Below are positions 12,831 through 27,284 of a DNA stretch of 64,000 nucleotides, one piece after another. The translations under genes and the position numbers were made by a program. Each line of letters begins with the position of its first letter. Position 1 is the first letter of the stretch. A model generated the notes under the pieces. It made no database searches. It was not told where the DNA came from and saw only the letters and a list, made by a program, of their open reading frames with translations. Source of the stretch: the human T2T-CHM13v2.0 reference genome, Homo sapiens; NCBI RefSeq assembly GCF_009914755.1, contig NC_060938.1, one strand, 5' to 3'.

Positions 12831-15800
12831 ATTCCTCTCTTTTGGTCAGCTTCTGAATATTGAGAGGCTGACCAAACCATTGGGCACTGACCCTACTTTC
12901 TGTTTCTGTCATAATGAACTTCTTTGGTCTCGGTATGGAATTTACAATTTACAATGTCAACTAGTTGAAAGACTCTTTATGCTTTGTTCATGTTTTTGTT
13001 ATTCTAACCACACATTTTGCAGGCATCATTAAGACAAGTTTTCTATATTTGGTAGCAATTAGGTTATTAATTGGAAAGGTCTGGGTATTGTTTCCATCAA
13101 GTGTAGGAAAGCAAGTAGCAGTGATGTCTAGAATAACAAGGACAGCTTTCCACTCTTCCTTTGGGGAACACTGAGAGGCACTGGCATTAGTGACATTGCT
13201 TCCTGATTTTTGAGCATTAGCCCACAAACCCAAAAACTGCCTACATAAGGTTTCTTGCTACAGCTTAAGCCTTTACTAAAGCTATCCACAAGTTATGGTC
13301 TCATGGATTTTTCTGTAAGGATAGAGAAGAGATTAGGACAGGAGGAAATAGGGAGGAAAAATAAGGCTTTCATGATGGTAGAGAAGTCTTGATCTGCAAT
13401 CTTGGGAAAGTTGTCTGTCTCTAGAATGCTGTCTGCTTCTGGCAAAAAAGTTCTCTGGCCAAATTTACATAAGGGTCTACAACAGGTATACAGTTCCAGG
13501 AGTCTTAATGGCCTTTTTAAGTTGTAGTATTTAGACCCAAGGTACAAGTCCCTGAAGTTTTACCACAGTGTGGGGGCGAGAAGAATTTGGCATGGTCTCT
13601 TCCAATGGAGTTTAAGGGCAATCTTTCTCTGTTGTCATTTTCAAAGACCCAATCTCTCAGTTCTAGGTCATGAAGGATCTGGTTGCCATCAGCTGATAGA
13701 TCACAGAAGGTTTTCTGTACTTGGTGAAAATACACTTTAGCATAATGCATTAATGTTTTGTATTAGTCAGTCATGTCAGAGTTTAAAATAGTGAGAGATA
13801 CATGGGGAATTTTATTACTAGAAACGTAAGTCTTTCAGTATTTATTTTATAAATGGTCAGTTTATGTTTTCTGATGGAAGTCAATCTTATTGCCTTTCTA
13901 GAAGACAGATAGTGATAGGGACAATGATAGTGCCACTGTATTTGTAACACTTTATTTAACTGCCTTATAATTTTCCAGTAAAATGGGTTTCTTGGTTGCT
14001 GGAGACACATTTTCTTATAACTTTTTAGTTACCATCGTAGCATCAGCTTTAATACATGGGAAAACTTTTATCCAACCTGAAAACATGAAAACTATTATAA
14101 GAACATAGTGATACCCCATTGAGGGTGGCAATTGAATGCAAGTCCATCTCTACACATTCACATGGTTCATCAGGTGGTGAAAACACACCACCTGAAGTTT
14201 TGATTGTCTTCCCAGGACTACAGTTTGACAAACCAAACATCAGTTGTAAACAATTTTAGCAGTTCTACAACAGTAACCCGCCAATATTTTTTTCCATAAT
14301 TTGGATTATTTTTCTCATTCCTTGATGAGTTGTAGAGTGCAGAGCTTTTAATAGTGGAAGCTTCAAGCACACAGAAGAATCAGATGGTTGTCTTGGCCCT
14401 CTGTGAGTCCAAGCTTAATATTGAGTTTACATCTTTTTAAAAACTAATTTTGTTTTTCCTATTCAGATACCAATTTTGTTTTTCCAGGTGAATCGCACAG
14501 TTTATTAAGTAGATTATCATAGATAATTTGACTTGGATAAATCCTATGAAGTTTGTTCTGATTACATATCTTAACAATGTCAGTACTGAGTGACTTAGCA
14601 TGAAAATCTGCCAAATAGTTTTCTTGTTATTTAATTAAGTTTTATTCTGCTTGATGTTGGCTTAACAGTTTTTAAAATCAGTCAGTTTCTTTGTTAGAGT
14701 TCTGGAAATTCTTACGGAGTTCAGAGGCATGATCTCAAATTATCAGAAACCTGTATTTGTCAGAATCCTTTCCGTGAATCTCCTTGAAGATGAAAGTGTT
14801 TAGGTTTATCATTGCTCAGGAAGGTACCAAAGTAAACAGTTAACCATCTGTGAATTACAAGACTTGAAATGGCCATGATTAAAGATCTGGTGAAAGTTCA
14901 TTGCAACAATTACACAAATTGACAAGGAAATTTGGCTATTTCTGTTGCATATAACATTTTATGGTAACTACTAGAATTATGACTGATAGCATTATACCAG
15001 GACTATTCGATTTCTGTGAATTTCATACAATTTCTAAAATACATATTAATATCACATCCATACAAATATAACCCAAAGAAGGTTTACCATTACTTATTAT
15101 TTGACAAGGCTTTCGATATAATTTAATATACTAAATAAGCCACATTATCTCAATATCTCTGTTTTTGTAAGGAGAGTTATCTAATTGAGGTATCCTATGC
15201 ATCTATATGGAAAATTCTAAAGTTAATTCTAGGTCAAGACAAACACTTGAGTTTGAGTTGGAGAAATTCACACACAAAAAATAAAAGACTTGAAATACTT
15301 GATCAAAATAAAATCTTAGGTCACTATGAACAACAGTCATTCATTTAACCAAAGTAATAATTAAAGGGCTTTAAAGGTAAATACAGAATGTAACCTGGCT
15401 GTAGAAAAACCTTAAATCCTTTTAAAAAAAAGAATTCAGCTTTTTCACATGATCAAAACCTAATGAAGACATCATTAATCATAGAAAATTATTTAGGTAA
15501 AACAGTGAATTTTTATTTCCTAGCCAAATTACTCAGAAGTTTAAAAAAAATTCAACATTTTCTATTAAGGGAAGACCGGCTGGGCGCGGTGGCTCACGCC
15601 TGTAATCCCAGCACTTTGGGAGGCCGAGGTGGGCAGATCACCTGAGGTCAGGAGTTCGAGACCAGCCTCAACATGGAGAAACCCCGTCTCTACTAAAAAT
15701 ACAAAATTAGCTAGGCGTGGTGGTGCATGCCTGTAATCCCAGCTGCTCGGGAGGCTGAGGCAGGAGAATTGCTTGAACCTGGGAGGCAGAGGTTGCGTGA

Positions 15801-17926
15801 GCCGAGATAGCGCCATTGCACTCCAGCCTGGGCAACAAGAGTGAAACTCCGTCTCAAAAAAAAAAAAAAAAAAAAAGGGAGACCAATACTCCAAAAAACC
15901 CTGTTGTTATAATAGCGAGAACAAACTTCTGGTGTTGTATCGGTACATTTTTGATACTGATAGTCATCTTTTATAAAAGTTTATAATTTACTTCTAATCT
16001 TAGCCAGTTTGATCACACATAAAATTCCTTTCATAAGGTTCATCTTCCACAAGCCTTCCACAGCTTTCTCATCCATTTAGTTTTTGTCTTATACTTTCCC
16101 TTTCTCATTTGGGAACCATGAATCATTCTATTTTAGAGCAAAAATTATGCTTTTTACCTTAAAGATAATAAAACATCCTCATATTATATCACTATTCCTC
16201 ACAAAAGCACATTTTACCTTCCTTGTATATTTGCACAGTGTTCTTTTCTTATTATTTCTAGTGATTTTAGTTACATATATTAATTATAATTTTTACCCTT
16301 AGTGATCTTAATTTTCACTGAACATCAGTAAGCAACCAAGTGTCAGCTGTCTGTCACATTAGCAATCTATAGTTTGGCAAAATGTATGAATTATAATTTC
16401 TAGAAGCGTGTGGTTTCTCACAGTGCAAATTTCTTAATGCGGCACAGAGCACGTTTACTAATAGTCTCAGATATCTTTACTCTCTCTGTAATAAATGAGG
16501 AAAACTGATATCTCTATCCTGTTAACTTTTTCTTTTTCTTGGTGGTGGGGGCTAGGTCTGAGAATTAAATTGTTTGTACAGATTTTTCTTGGCCTCAACT
16601 ACCCATTTTCAGTGATAAAAATGTAAAATGCTTCTGGTATAGGAAGGACATCTCTTACACGGAAAGTTTATCTTACATTTATATAACTTACTTATTTTTA
16701 ATAATTATGCTTGGATTTCTGATATTGATAAAACACAAAACAGCCAGCCATTATGTTTTTATAATTATTCTTATTTTACCAATGAATTTTTTAAGTATAG
16801 AGATAACATAAGCTTATTTTACCAGTAAACTTAGGTAGGAAAAATTGTGAGTATGTATTATATTTAATGTTGAAAACGCTGAAGACATGCCTATTTTAAT
16901 CAAACAAACTTTTTTTTTTATTATCAAAGATTACCCAAGTCACATGAACTCGAAATGCATTTGGGTTAGATCCTATTTTTTGATAGAATATTTCATTTAT
17001 ATAAGCCTTATTTTTCTTAAAGACAACTAAACAGAGCTCCTTTGTAATTTAATCTGACAGTATAGTAAGATAGACAAATATCACATATACATGTATGTAT
17101 ATATACATATCATACAGATATAGATAAACATATAGAAAGAGATTGTATAGCTTTCATTTTAAAATTTTGTCCATGCACCAAGTACAATAACACAAACTCA
17201 CTATTTTATTTAAAACTATCTGGATCAAAATTATTTTTCTGGCCAATGGAACAAGATTTCTTACCCAGATGGCTAAAAGTTTTAACTAATATTTGTGAAA
17301 AAAATACTTTAAAGATTTTTAAACTTGCCTTCTGTAAGGAATCTTTTAAAGAGGCAAGCTTTGATTCATTTCATCTCTTAGATGCCTCTGCAAACCAGTC
17401 AAAATTGCATCCCATTGTTTTTGCAGGGTCTTTGATCCCTTCTTTTCTAATTTGCCCGATGAGTAAACAATTTTATCTAAATTAAAACTTCCTCATTGTG
17501 GCTGTTTTAATTCTAAGTCTTCTCTAGTAAAGTTAACTCATTTTTCTAAAAATATACAAGTTGTGGGCCCATAATTGTTATATGTAAAATTAGCTAGAAT
17601 CCCATAAGGCAGAGTCCCCAGACTCCTTGGATTGAGACAAACTTATTTTCAAAAAGGTACCAACCTGAAGCCTCTAACTGGATCCACTCCAGGTAATTAT
17701 CAGATTCAATCCAACCCTGGACCCATCCAGTTTAAGAATTGTTCAAATAAACTCAGTGGACTCAAAACACGCATTTGTGGAGCTCAGACTCTGAACAAGA
17801 ACTCACCTACAATCCCAATTGCTATGAGAGATTAATGAGCACAAGGGGTCCTGGGAGGTACCTTTGCATGGTCACTCAGTGGTCCTGGGCATCACTGAAG
17901 GTCTACTTTTGATTCTTCTTCTGACG
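12831..17926 (-). mobile_element. MER57/MER4-group ERV1 internal region with degraded pol (integrase) and env-like remnants
   Basis: Minus-strand remnants 'PGKTIKTSGGVFSPPDEP..EMD' (14049-14240), 'QLNKVLQIQWHYHCPYH.LSS.K' (13783-14010), 'LHDLELRDWVF' (13517-13750); PBS(Leu)-like 'tcgtcagaag' at ~17917-17926; all frames broken. Confidence 0.85.
15578..15876 (+). mobile_element. AluSp inserted in the ERV internal region
   Basis: Diagnostic 'acatggagaaacccc', 'gcatgcctgtaatcc', 'ggcaacaagagtgaaactcc'; TSD aagggaagacc/aagggagacc. Confidence 0.96.
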
Positions 17927-17929
17927 ATG

Positions 17930-18190
17930 ATGATAATAATAAGAAACTAAATAGCCCTTACTCTGTGGCAGGCACCATTCCAAGCACTTTACCACTACAA
18001 ACCCATGTAATCCTCACCACGCCACCATAAAACAGTCACTATGATTAAGCTTACGTTATGTAAGAGAAAACTGATGTTAGAAAGATTTAGTAACCAGCTC
18101 AAGTCCACAGCTAGCAAGTAGCAAAGTCTAAATTCAAACCCATGCAGTCTGGATCCAGAGACTGTTCCTCTAACCACTATGTTCTACTAT
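17930..18190 (-). mobile_element. MIR SINE, near full length
   Basis: 'ggcaggcaccattccaagcacttt...taatcctcacc...gaaaactga...ttcaaacccatgcagtctgg...taaccactatg'. Confidence 0.85.
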
Positions 18191-18489
18191 AAATTCAATC
18201 AGATTTTAATAAATATCTAAAATAAAAATCATTGCACACATCTAGGGTATATATGAAATGAAGTACATTTTTACAAAGTTATTTGAACATCATTATTTAT
18301 TCTGTGACACAAATTTTGTTGAAACTACAGTCTTTTCCAACAACTACATTGGTTTTTAATTCTTAAATCCTGTCTGCCATTTTCCCTTCTGCTTTTCTCC
18401 ATTTTTCTTTTCTATCTCCACCTTATTCTTCATATCCCCAACGTAATGATGTTTTGCATTAGGACTGAGGAGGTATGCTAGACTGGTAC

Positions 18490-18940
18490 CTGGTGGGCTA
18501 CAATGAAACATGCTTCCTGATATTCACACCTTGCATAATCTCATTCTGTATTGACTCTTGCCTTGCCATGTGACCTGTGTTGGCTAATGGGTCTGTGTAA
18601 TGTGTGATGCAAGTTAAGCATCTAGTGCTCTGGTCCTTTTAGGATACTCGCTTTTTGAACCTTGACACCATGTCAATGTCTGGTCTAGGTTGATTGATGA
18701 CCATGTGGGAAGAAAAACATTGAGATCACAATGAGAGAGATGTTCGGCCATCCTGACACCCTAACTGAGCTCAACTCCCAAGAGATCTACTAACTGAAAT
18801 CAGGCACACAAGTAACTTCAGAAGAGAACAGCAAATGAAATTCCCAGCTAACCCAACATTTTTGTGAGAAATAATATGTGTTGCCTTATGCCACTATATT
18901 TTGGATTGTTTTTTTACATAGCAATTTACAACTCAAACAG
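18490..18940 (+). mobile_element. Old MLT1 (G/H/I-like) solo LTR
   Basis: 'ccatgtgacctgtgttggctaatgg', 'cccagctaacccaa', 3' end 'gccactatattttggattgttttttacatagcaat...aaaca'. Confidence 0.7.
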
Positions 18941-19398
18941 GAGGCAAGGCACGATCTACCTAGAGGAATTTTGCTGTTACTGGAGAAGTTAAAGAAATTG
19001 CTATATAGTCACCTCATCACTGTTTTCTGAATTTTCTCACACAAATCCTACCCCTAATCATGAACTAGCCCTGCAAGAGACATCTTTGTCACAGAACACA
19101 GAATACCAACTCGTCTTGGGAATACACATGACACAGAACTTGCTAAAATAAGTAACCTAGTTTCCTTAAACTCCAGAAATCTGATGTTTGGGATAATGTC
19201 AAGACAAACTGAGGAGTTTTTAGTAATAATCATGGAAGTTTGATTACCAGTGGGTATTTGACACATTTGTCCTCATTCTTGGTCACATGTTGCTAAGCCA
19301 AATCAGAGGCATTGTTTAAATGGCTCCTGATTAATATTCTGGACAATGCAGTAATCAGCTACCCAAATGAACAGTTAATCAGAGCAGTGAGAAATGCA

Positions 19399-19917
19399 TG
19401 GCATCTTTAGACCACATTTTATTGCAGTGTAGGGTTTGTCTTCAGAGCTCTGATACCAGAAACAAAGTCACTGTTAGCCATGAAACTGCACCATCAGTCA
19501 TTAAACAGTTGACCTTTAGAAACAGATACATTTTCTTCAAAGAAATAAGGCAATGTGTTTGTAATCACAAGGAAAGAAGTAAGAATGTTAATAAATACAA
19601 CTCCACATAGCCAGATGCTCAAAAATCCAGAGGTGGTGTCTGCTGCTGCTGTTTCTTATGCTTGCTTCTTCTTCTTCTTCCTTCTTCCTCCCCTCTATTT
19701 TCCCCATTTCCCTTTCCCCCCTCCTCCTTCCTCCTCCTCCTCTTGGCATCTTTAAACCACATTTTACTGCAGCCCAGAGTTTGTCCTTAGAGTTCTTATA
19801 CCAGAAACAAAGTCACTATTAGCCATGAACCTGCACGACCAGTCATTTAACACTTGACCTTTACAAAGAGATACACTTTTCTCAAGGAAATAAGGCCATA
19901 CTTTCGTAATCACAAGG
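19399..19917 (+). repeat. 174-bp diverged direct repeat (19399-19572 and 19744-19917)
   Basis: Manual gapless alignment gives about 27 mismatches in 174 bp (~84%); spacer contains a C/T-rich tract. Confidence 0.93.
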
Positions 19918-20933
19918 TATTTCTTCTTCTTCCTCCTTCTTCCTTCTTTTTCTTCTCCTTCCTCTTACTCCATCTAAGATAAAGTCTTAATAAGAGTAGG
20001 TTGCATGAGAGTAAGGGTTGCCCTGTTACATTTGCTCTTCCCCAAAGTCTCTTCACGTGTCAGAATAGAGCCGTTCTTGCCTCCTTTTTAACATCACCAT
20101 GTTTTGTCTTGTGTGCCCTTTGTAGCCCTGTTATATGCCAGGAATTCCAGAAAGATTTAAAGTCTCAGAATATCGGAACTCCTGCAGCTGAGTAATCTTT
20201 CCGCTGAGTCAGTACATTGGTTCCAAAGACCCCTAGGACAACAGGGCCCAAAGCACAGCAGATCAGGCCAATCTGAGAGAAAGATTGGCACCTCCTTCAC
20301 ATTCCCAAGTATCAGAATCAAAAGACCTTAACTGTAAACCTAGGCTTGTGGCCAAGTACTTTTCAAACTTCAAGCAAATATGGTGGAGGCTTGATATTGA
20401 ATAAACATTAATCAAAACTTTTGACTCACCTTTTTAAAGATGTGTTTCCTTCATCAAGCGCTCTGTCTTCTCTATGCTTCAGTGTCCTCAGGTATAAAAC
20501 AGGATAGTAATATTTATCACACAGGATTCTTGGAAGCAGCAAACAAAAAAAAATATTTAAAATAAAATATTTACCACGGAGTGTTGGGTTTAGACTATTA
20601 ATCAAGTTATAAACCCTATAGAACATAAACACTACCACAGATAAAGCATATAAAATACCCTCAAGCTCTAAAAATGTCTGTACTTTCTCTGCATCAGAAG
20701 GTACATCATGGATCTGCATTGCTCAGACCCACAACTCCAGGGCTACTGAAGGTTGCAAGCAGAGCAGAGCCCTCAAAAGTTTCAAATCAACCTGACCCAG
20801 TGATCCCATGTCTGTATAAAAACTGAAACTTCCTTAACACCAAGATGAAACTCTCAAATACTTAAATCAGTGACATCAGGTTACCAGAACTATGTAACAG
20901 TAAATTGTGATAAAAGTGTGAAATATCAAAGAC

Positions 20934-21134
20934 TTTTTTTTTTCAACTTTTATTTTAGGTTCAGGGGGTATCTGTGCAGATATGTCACCTGGGTATATTG
21001 CACAATGCTGAGGTCTGGGTTACAAATGATCCCATTGCCCAGGTACCGGGCATAGTTCCCAACAGTCAGTTTTTCAACACTTCTCCCCTCCCCCTTTACT
21101 CCCTCCTCTGTAGACCCCAGTTTCTGTTGTTGCC
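20934..21134 (-). mobile_element. L1PA15/16-type 3' end, ~200 bp, 5'-truncated
   Basis: 'caacttttattttaggttcaggggg...gggtatattgcacaatgctgaggtctggg...cccaacagtcagtttttcaac'. Confidence 0.88.
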
Positions 21135-21789
21135 AAGGCATTTTTATACCTTACATTCTCGATCTCACCTGACTGAGACACTACTTTCTCGATTCACCAG
21201 GTTTTGGATCAACCAGGGCATAATCTGTCTCATGGCCAAGGTTTTGTTGTTTATCCTAACATCAGAATGGAAGCTGACAAGGTAATTGTGATCCTTCCAT
21301 TACCTAGTTAAGAAGACATGTTTCCCTTTAATTTCCTTCTTCTGAATTGGTGTTTATTTACTGGCAGTTCACATCAGAATTATTTCTGTGGCTTTTCCAG
21401 GATGTATCTTCCTTTTCCTGAATCAACAGATGTGAAATGGGAGTTTAGGCATGTACATTTTGAAAAAGGTCCACATGAAAATACGAAGTGCACCCTTGAT
21501 TAAGAGCCACTTCTAAATTTGAATTAATCTAATATTTGTAAACAATTTTTAAAAGGGAAATCCAGTTATAATTTCATGCAGTTCCCTTCATAATAATTGC
21601 ATGCTGTATATATTGCAAAAATATTTAATTTTCAAATTTGATTGTCACCATGATTTTACTCTTGATTAACCATAAAAGTTCCAAAAAATTGAGTCATAGC
21701 ACTGCAGAATTACAGAAGGAAGATACTGCTACGAACTCCTGTACCTTAGAGGGTCACAAAACCCTAGATCTCTCTTTAACTCTACTGCA

Positions 21790-23010
21790 ATAATATTGAC
21801 CTATATAAACTGCATATATTTAGATTGCACAATTTTATAAGTTTGAAACCACCATCACAAACAAAATAAAAAACTTATCTAAAATTCCAAAAAGTTTGCT
21901 TTTGCCCTTTTATAATACCTATCTCTAGCTTCTCTCTTTCTGGAGTAACTGCTGATTTATTTTCTGCCAATATTTGCTTTATTTTCTTGAAAGATATAGA
22001 AATGCAATCATACAGTAAGTGCTCCTATTTTCCTGTTTTCTTTCATTCAACATAATTATTTTAAGACTTATTTATGTTGTGTTATGAATCAATAGTTCAT
22101 TCCTTTTAATGTAAGTGGTATTCTATTATATGGAATATACCAGATTCTGTTTATTAATTCATGACTGCCATTCGGGTTGTTTCCAGCTTTAGGTTATTAC
22201 AAAGAAAGCCACTATGAACATGTATATGCATTATTGTTTGGTCATATGCTTTCTTTATTCTTGGGTAAATATCTAGGGGTAGAATGGATGGGTCATATGT
22301 TAGGTATGCATGTAGATTTTAGAAATCTGCAAAAACAATTTTCAAAAATGTGTGATTTTACATTCCCATCAGCAGTGTATGAGAGTCCTAGTACAGCACC
22401 TCCACATTCTCATCAACACATGATATGGTCAGTCTTTTTCAGTGTAGCTATTTTGATGCCACATTCATTATGGTTTTAATTTACATTTTTCTGCTAACAA
22501 ATGATGTTGAAATCTGTCATGTTTATATTTGCCATCCATATATCTTCTCTGGTGGAAATGTCTGCTGAAACCTTTTATCCATTTACAAAAAAATTGTTTG
22601 TTTGTTTTTTATTAAGTTTTGGAGGTTCATTATGTATTCTGTATTCAAGTCCCACATTAGAAATGTCATTTGAAATATTTTCTCCCAGTCTGTGGCTTGT
22701 CTTTTTATTCTCTTTACTGTTTTTGGAAGACCAGGAGTCTTAAATTTTACTAAAGTTTATGTTTTTCTTGTATACATTCTGACTTGATATACTGGCGAAG
22801 AAATCTTTTCTTAATTAAATATCTTAAAAGCGTTCTCCAGTGTTTTTTTTAGAAGCCTTATAATTTTATATTTTATATTTAGGTGTTTGATCCATTTTGA
22901 GTTTCTATTTAATACAGGATAAGATATGAATTGAAGTTCATTTTTTGGTTTGCAAATAAATATAAAATTGCTCTAACACTATTTGTTGAACAAAGCCATT
23001 CTTTCTCCAC
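21790..23010 (-). mobile_element. Old L1M 3' region
   Basis: 'aatcatacagta', 'aatagttcattcctttt', 'ggttgtttccagcttt', 'gatttacattcccatcagcagtgtatgagagt', 'tgatccattttgagtt', 'actatttgttgaa'. Confidence 0.88.
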
Positions 23011-23757
23011 TTAATTATTATAAATAATTTTTAAGTAAAAAGATTTAAATATAAAACATTATAGCAACATAAATTTTAAAAATACTTTTTTTGATACAAA
23101 TGCCTAGATTATTGAGGAAAGATTTTCCTTCTACTCCAAGCCACAGCTGATATTAAGTACAATGTAAAAATTGAAACATAAAAACAAAGCAAAGCAAACA
23201 AAAAACAAATTGCTTTGAGGTGTCTTTTGAACCTGTGGCCAAGCTAAATGACTAAAACAGATCCACACCTACTTCTGCTGACTCTGTTCTTTATCATTTA
23301 GTAAAATACCTACCTGTTGTAGATTCTGGTTGGTAGCTTGTCTGTTGCTGATGACTAGGGACTTCCTACATTATTAAATTTCTTTTCAGGGCATAGGTTA
23401 GTAACTTGGGATCACTAGATGATGAAGCCAAAATGTCAGAGGACTGTAGAGAGGATTCTTTCTCCCAAACAGAGATATATTCCATATTGAACTTCATTCT
23501 GCATATGAATTCCCAAAGCCCAACTAGGCTTTCCCTCTCTTCAGCCTGTTTTGAAAGAATAAAATATATGGCATGTAACACTTTTAACTTGGAAATTTCA
23601 AAGTCTTTGCTGACTCTATTACATCCTTTTATTACCTACTTCTATAGACATGCAATGATATTTGAATTGAAATGTTATGTTTTTCAGATTTTACTTTATA
23701 AACACTTTGAAAACATTTTAAATTTAATCATTTTGGTACATTAGAACATAGTATTCT

Positions 23758-24068
23758 GGCCGGGCGCAGTGGTTCACGCCTGTAATCCCAGTGCTTTGGG
23801 AGGCTGAGGCAGGTGGATCACGAGGTCAGGAGTTCAAGACCAGCCTGGGCAAGATGGTGAAACTCTGTCTCTACTAAAAATACAAAAATTAGCCAGGCGT
23901 GGTCGTGGGCGCCTATAATCCAAGCTACTGGGGAGGCTGAGGCAAAGAGTTGCTTGAACCCAGCAGGCAGAGGTTGCAGTGAGCCAAGTTCACGCCACTG
24001 CACTCTAGCCTGGATGACAGAGTGAGACTCCATCTCAAAAAGCAAACAAACAAACAAAAAACATAAAA
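23758..24068 (+). mobile_element. AluSg-like
   Basis: Full Alu with 'ggatcacgaggtcaggagttc'; perfect TSD aacatagtattct. Confidence 0.96.
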
Positions 24069-25929
24069 CATAGTATTCTGATGTTGAAGAGAAGACTTCA
24101 TTATAATGTAGGCAGTGAAGGCACTTGCACCATATGGCTTTCTGAGTCTACGAAAACGTCTAGCAATTTAATCCTATGTATTTGGTTAAAGGAGTATCTA
24201 AGTAACTAACTGCATGAGGTAACTTTCCCCCCCTGCTATAGACTGTCAAAACAGCCTGAGCCTTCTCACCACTCTAATATTACACTTGGCTGCAAATTAC
24301 CTCCTTAATGCTTTTTATAACTCCTTATGCCAAAAGTACCATGGATAGCAGGCTGTGTCTGTCTCATGTACGTATAATGCCTGGCATGAGTAGGTACACA
24401 CACAAAAAACTATGTTGAGTGGATATCTATAAAGAATCAAGTATTCCAATTGGACATTAAGATGTTTATTCCATTATTTAGCAAATTTTAATAAATCCCT
24501 ATAATATCTTGCTCATGGAGCTAGATTCTGGAGATTCAAAGAAAGTGAGACCCAATTTCTGATTTCAAAGAGATTAAGAGTCAATTTAAATTTGGTTAAT
24601 ACTGCAATAATTATTTTAAGATGATTTTTGGAAGCAAAGACCAATAAATATCACCCATAAATTGGCTCGTCTTGGGAATTTTTGCAGTTTTAGAGCCTGT
24701 CCATAGTGTTATAAATGTTATGTGGTAGAGACCTTTAGAATTCTCTACCACACCTGGTTATCATCACTGTCATCTAAACATTAGAGGGCTTTATAAGGTT
24801 CAGGCTCTATTTAGCCTTGTTGAATGTCAATATACGTAAAAATAATGAGGTTTTCATATTCATTTAAAGCAAAATAAGCAGTGGAATAAATGCTTAAAGA
24901 GTTATTTTCTTATTAACTTCTAGCAACAGTTTTAAAAGTTCATTTTTTCAAATGACACAAAACTACAGTGGGTTAACATGCATTCATTTTATAGACAAGC
25001 AATAAAATTGAGTAAAATTAAGTGGTTATATATAAGCACTACAATGAAAGGAGAGTGGTGCTGCCATATGGTAAAAAAGAACTACTTCTTTACATAACTC
25101 TGCCATGATCAGAGAAGAGCTTTTGGCCTTTGTTTATTGCTGAGACATTCATGAGAGTATACAGAAATTGCCCTAATTAATGTAAAGACCTTAATGGTAA
25201 ATTTTGGACTGTGTATTGCTTTATGTGTTGAGTACCAGTAGGAGCTTGATCCATGCTTTTAACTTGACTTTTAATTTAAAAAATCTAGACCACCAACAAA
25301 GGTCTGAAAACCTCACTGCAGGAGACAATGATAAGTTACTCTTTTTAGTGTTACAATGTTGTAATAGGTTTATCAAGGCCAAGTTTACAAGAAAGGGACG
25401 CTTAAGAATACACAGCAAAATTTCAAAACAGGAAAGATTTTAATAGAAGTACAGAGTCAGAAGACATCTGAAACATCATTGTGGTTGCTCACATCATTTT
25501 ACATCCCATATAATGATTAAAAGAGTTTCTATAACTTGTCAGCCTCATTTAGTGAGTTGTAGACAAAGGCAGAACAAAATCACAATTCCTAGTTCATGAT
25601 TCTCTCCAATATTGGAAGCTGATTATAGAATATTCTCCCCGCTCTTGATGCATTCTGAGAACTGAGAATTTTTAAATAATATGCAATTTACATTCATAGA
25701 GCCCCTGCTTCAAAGAACAAGTTCAGGGGAGGGGATATTTATACAAAGGAAAATAAATATTCAAGCTCTTATATAGCCAATTTAATATTTTTGTACTGAA
25801 AAAGAAATTTCAATATTTGTGAATAAAAGAAACTCTCTTCTTTACATCCATCAAGAATTTCATTAAATATTCCTTATTGCTTGTGAAATAAATTTGTCAC
25901 TTCAATTCTAGCAGCGTCCTCAGTTTTCT

Positions 25930-26955
25930 TTGCCTTTCCCTCTCCATACTATTTTCTGTACAATCATCCATTTCCATTGGCTTCAATTATCATCAATATG
26001 ATGATAGCTCTTTCCATGTATATTTCTGTTCCCCCATTTTTGCTTTTGTGTTCCAAAATCAAGTGGATTATGCTCCTCTATGTAGGATACCTACAAGCAC
26101 CTAAAGTTGAACATGTTAGAAATCGATCACATTCTCAACTGCTTTCAAAGTTCCGTTCTCCTGGCATTTTCCACCCCTTTGGACGGCATCAGCTTGCACT
26201 TCTGCTACTGCCTCATGCTTTACATCCTTTCCTGTTAATGGTAGCCCTAAAAAGTTCTCAGAGTTCTTCTCTGCTTTTCACTTCCACCACCCCTTCATGA
26301 CTCCCACCTGACTTCTGAATTTACTTCCCATTTTTCACAACTTTTCATTCTTTTTTGTACCAAGATTGGAGCTAGGATGATCATGCCATGCCGATTATAC
26401 AAGGGTTAGTCTAGTCCCTAAGGTTGTCAAAAGGCCTTCCCCAGGTTGGACCTTGGACTTTCTCACTGGCCCCATCTCACATCTCACATCAATGACTCCA
26501 GACTTTAAGCATTCTGTGTCTCAGCCATTGTAACATTTTTTCAACAATTTCTAAATGCACTTGGCCCTTTTATGCTCCGAGAATGCTCGATATGATATGT
26601 TTCTTGTTTTATGTGATGGAATTATATCTCTCCTGTAAGATTTGTGATATTTTTTCTTTGTAAAGCCTCTATTAAATCTCCAAGATAACTAATGGAGCTG
26701 CTTTCTCCCTTTTTATGGTCCTGTAGCAATCTGTTTATGTATCTATTGTGACACTCATCACATTACACTCTAACAAACTATTTGTGTGCCTAGTTTTCCC
26801 AAATACTGGGAGGTCCTTTAGGGCAAGAATTGTATCATATTCCTCTTTGCAAACAATCAAACCAGAAACAAGCACAGTGCTTAGGGACCAGCTAGCTTTT
26901 GGAATATATCTGCTGAATAAAGGAATAATGATGAATGAGTTAATGCATGGATGAA
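25930..26955 (+). mobile_element. L2 fragments including the 3' end
   Basis: 'tcatccatttccattggcttcaattatcatcaatatg...', 'ggaggtcctttagggcaag', terminal 'tgctgaataaa...gaatgagttaatg'. Confidence 0.65.
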
Positions 26956-27284
26956 GGCAGCAGTGATGAGTGAATCAAATGTGGCCCCTTGGTTTCCTAT
27001 CTTGGGAACCAAGTGCAATGGGAAATTAATAGAAAATATACCTAAGGCTGACAATGTAGACATAACTATATAAAGGATATAATATCAAGAAATTACAAGA
27101 ACCATTGCTTACAAATACCTTCCTGTGAGCTCAATGATGCTCGTAATTCTTTAAAGTAGGAAAAATATTTTTATTATATAATTAAAGAAGTTAAACTAAT
27201 TAATACCTCAGTTACCAACTTATAATGCAATTTGGAATCAGAGGTCAATGTCATTGAAGCTAATTTCTGCTCTTTATGGAACAA

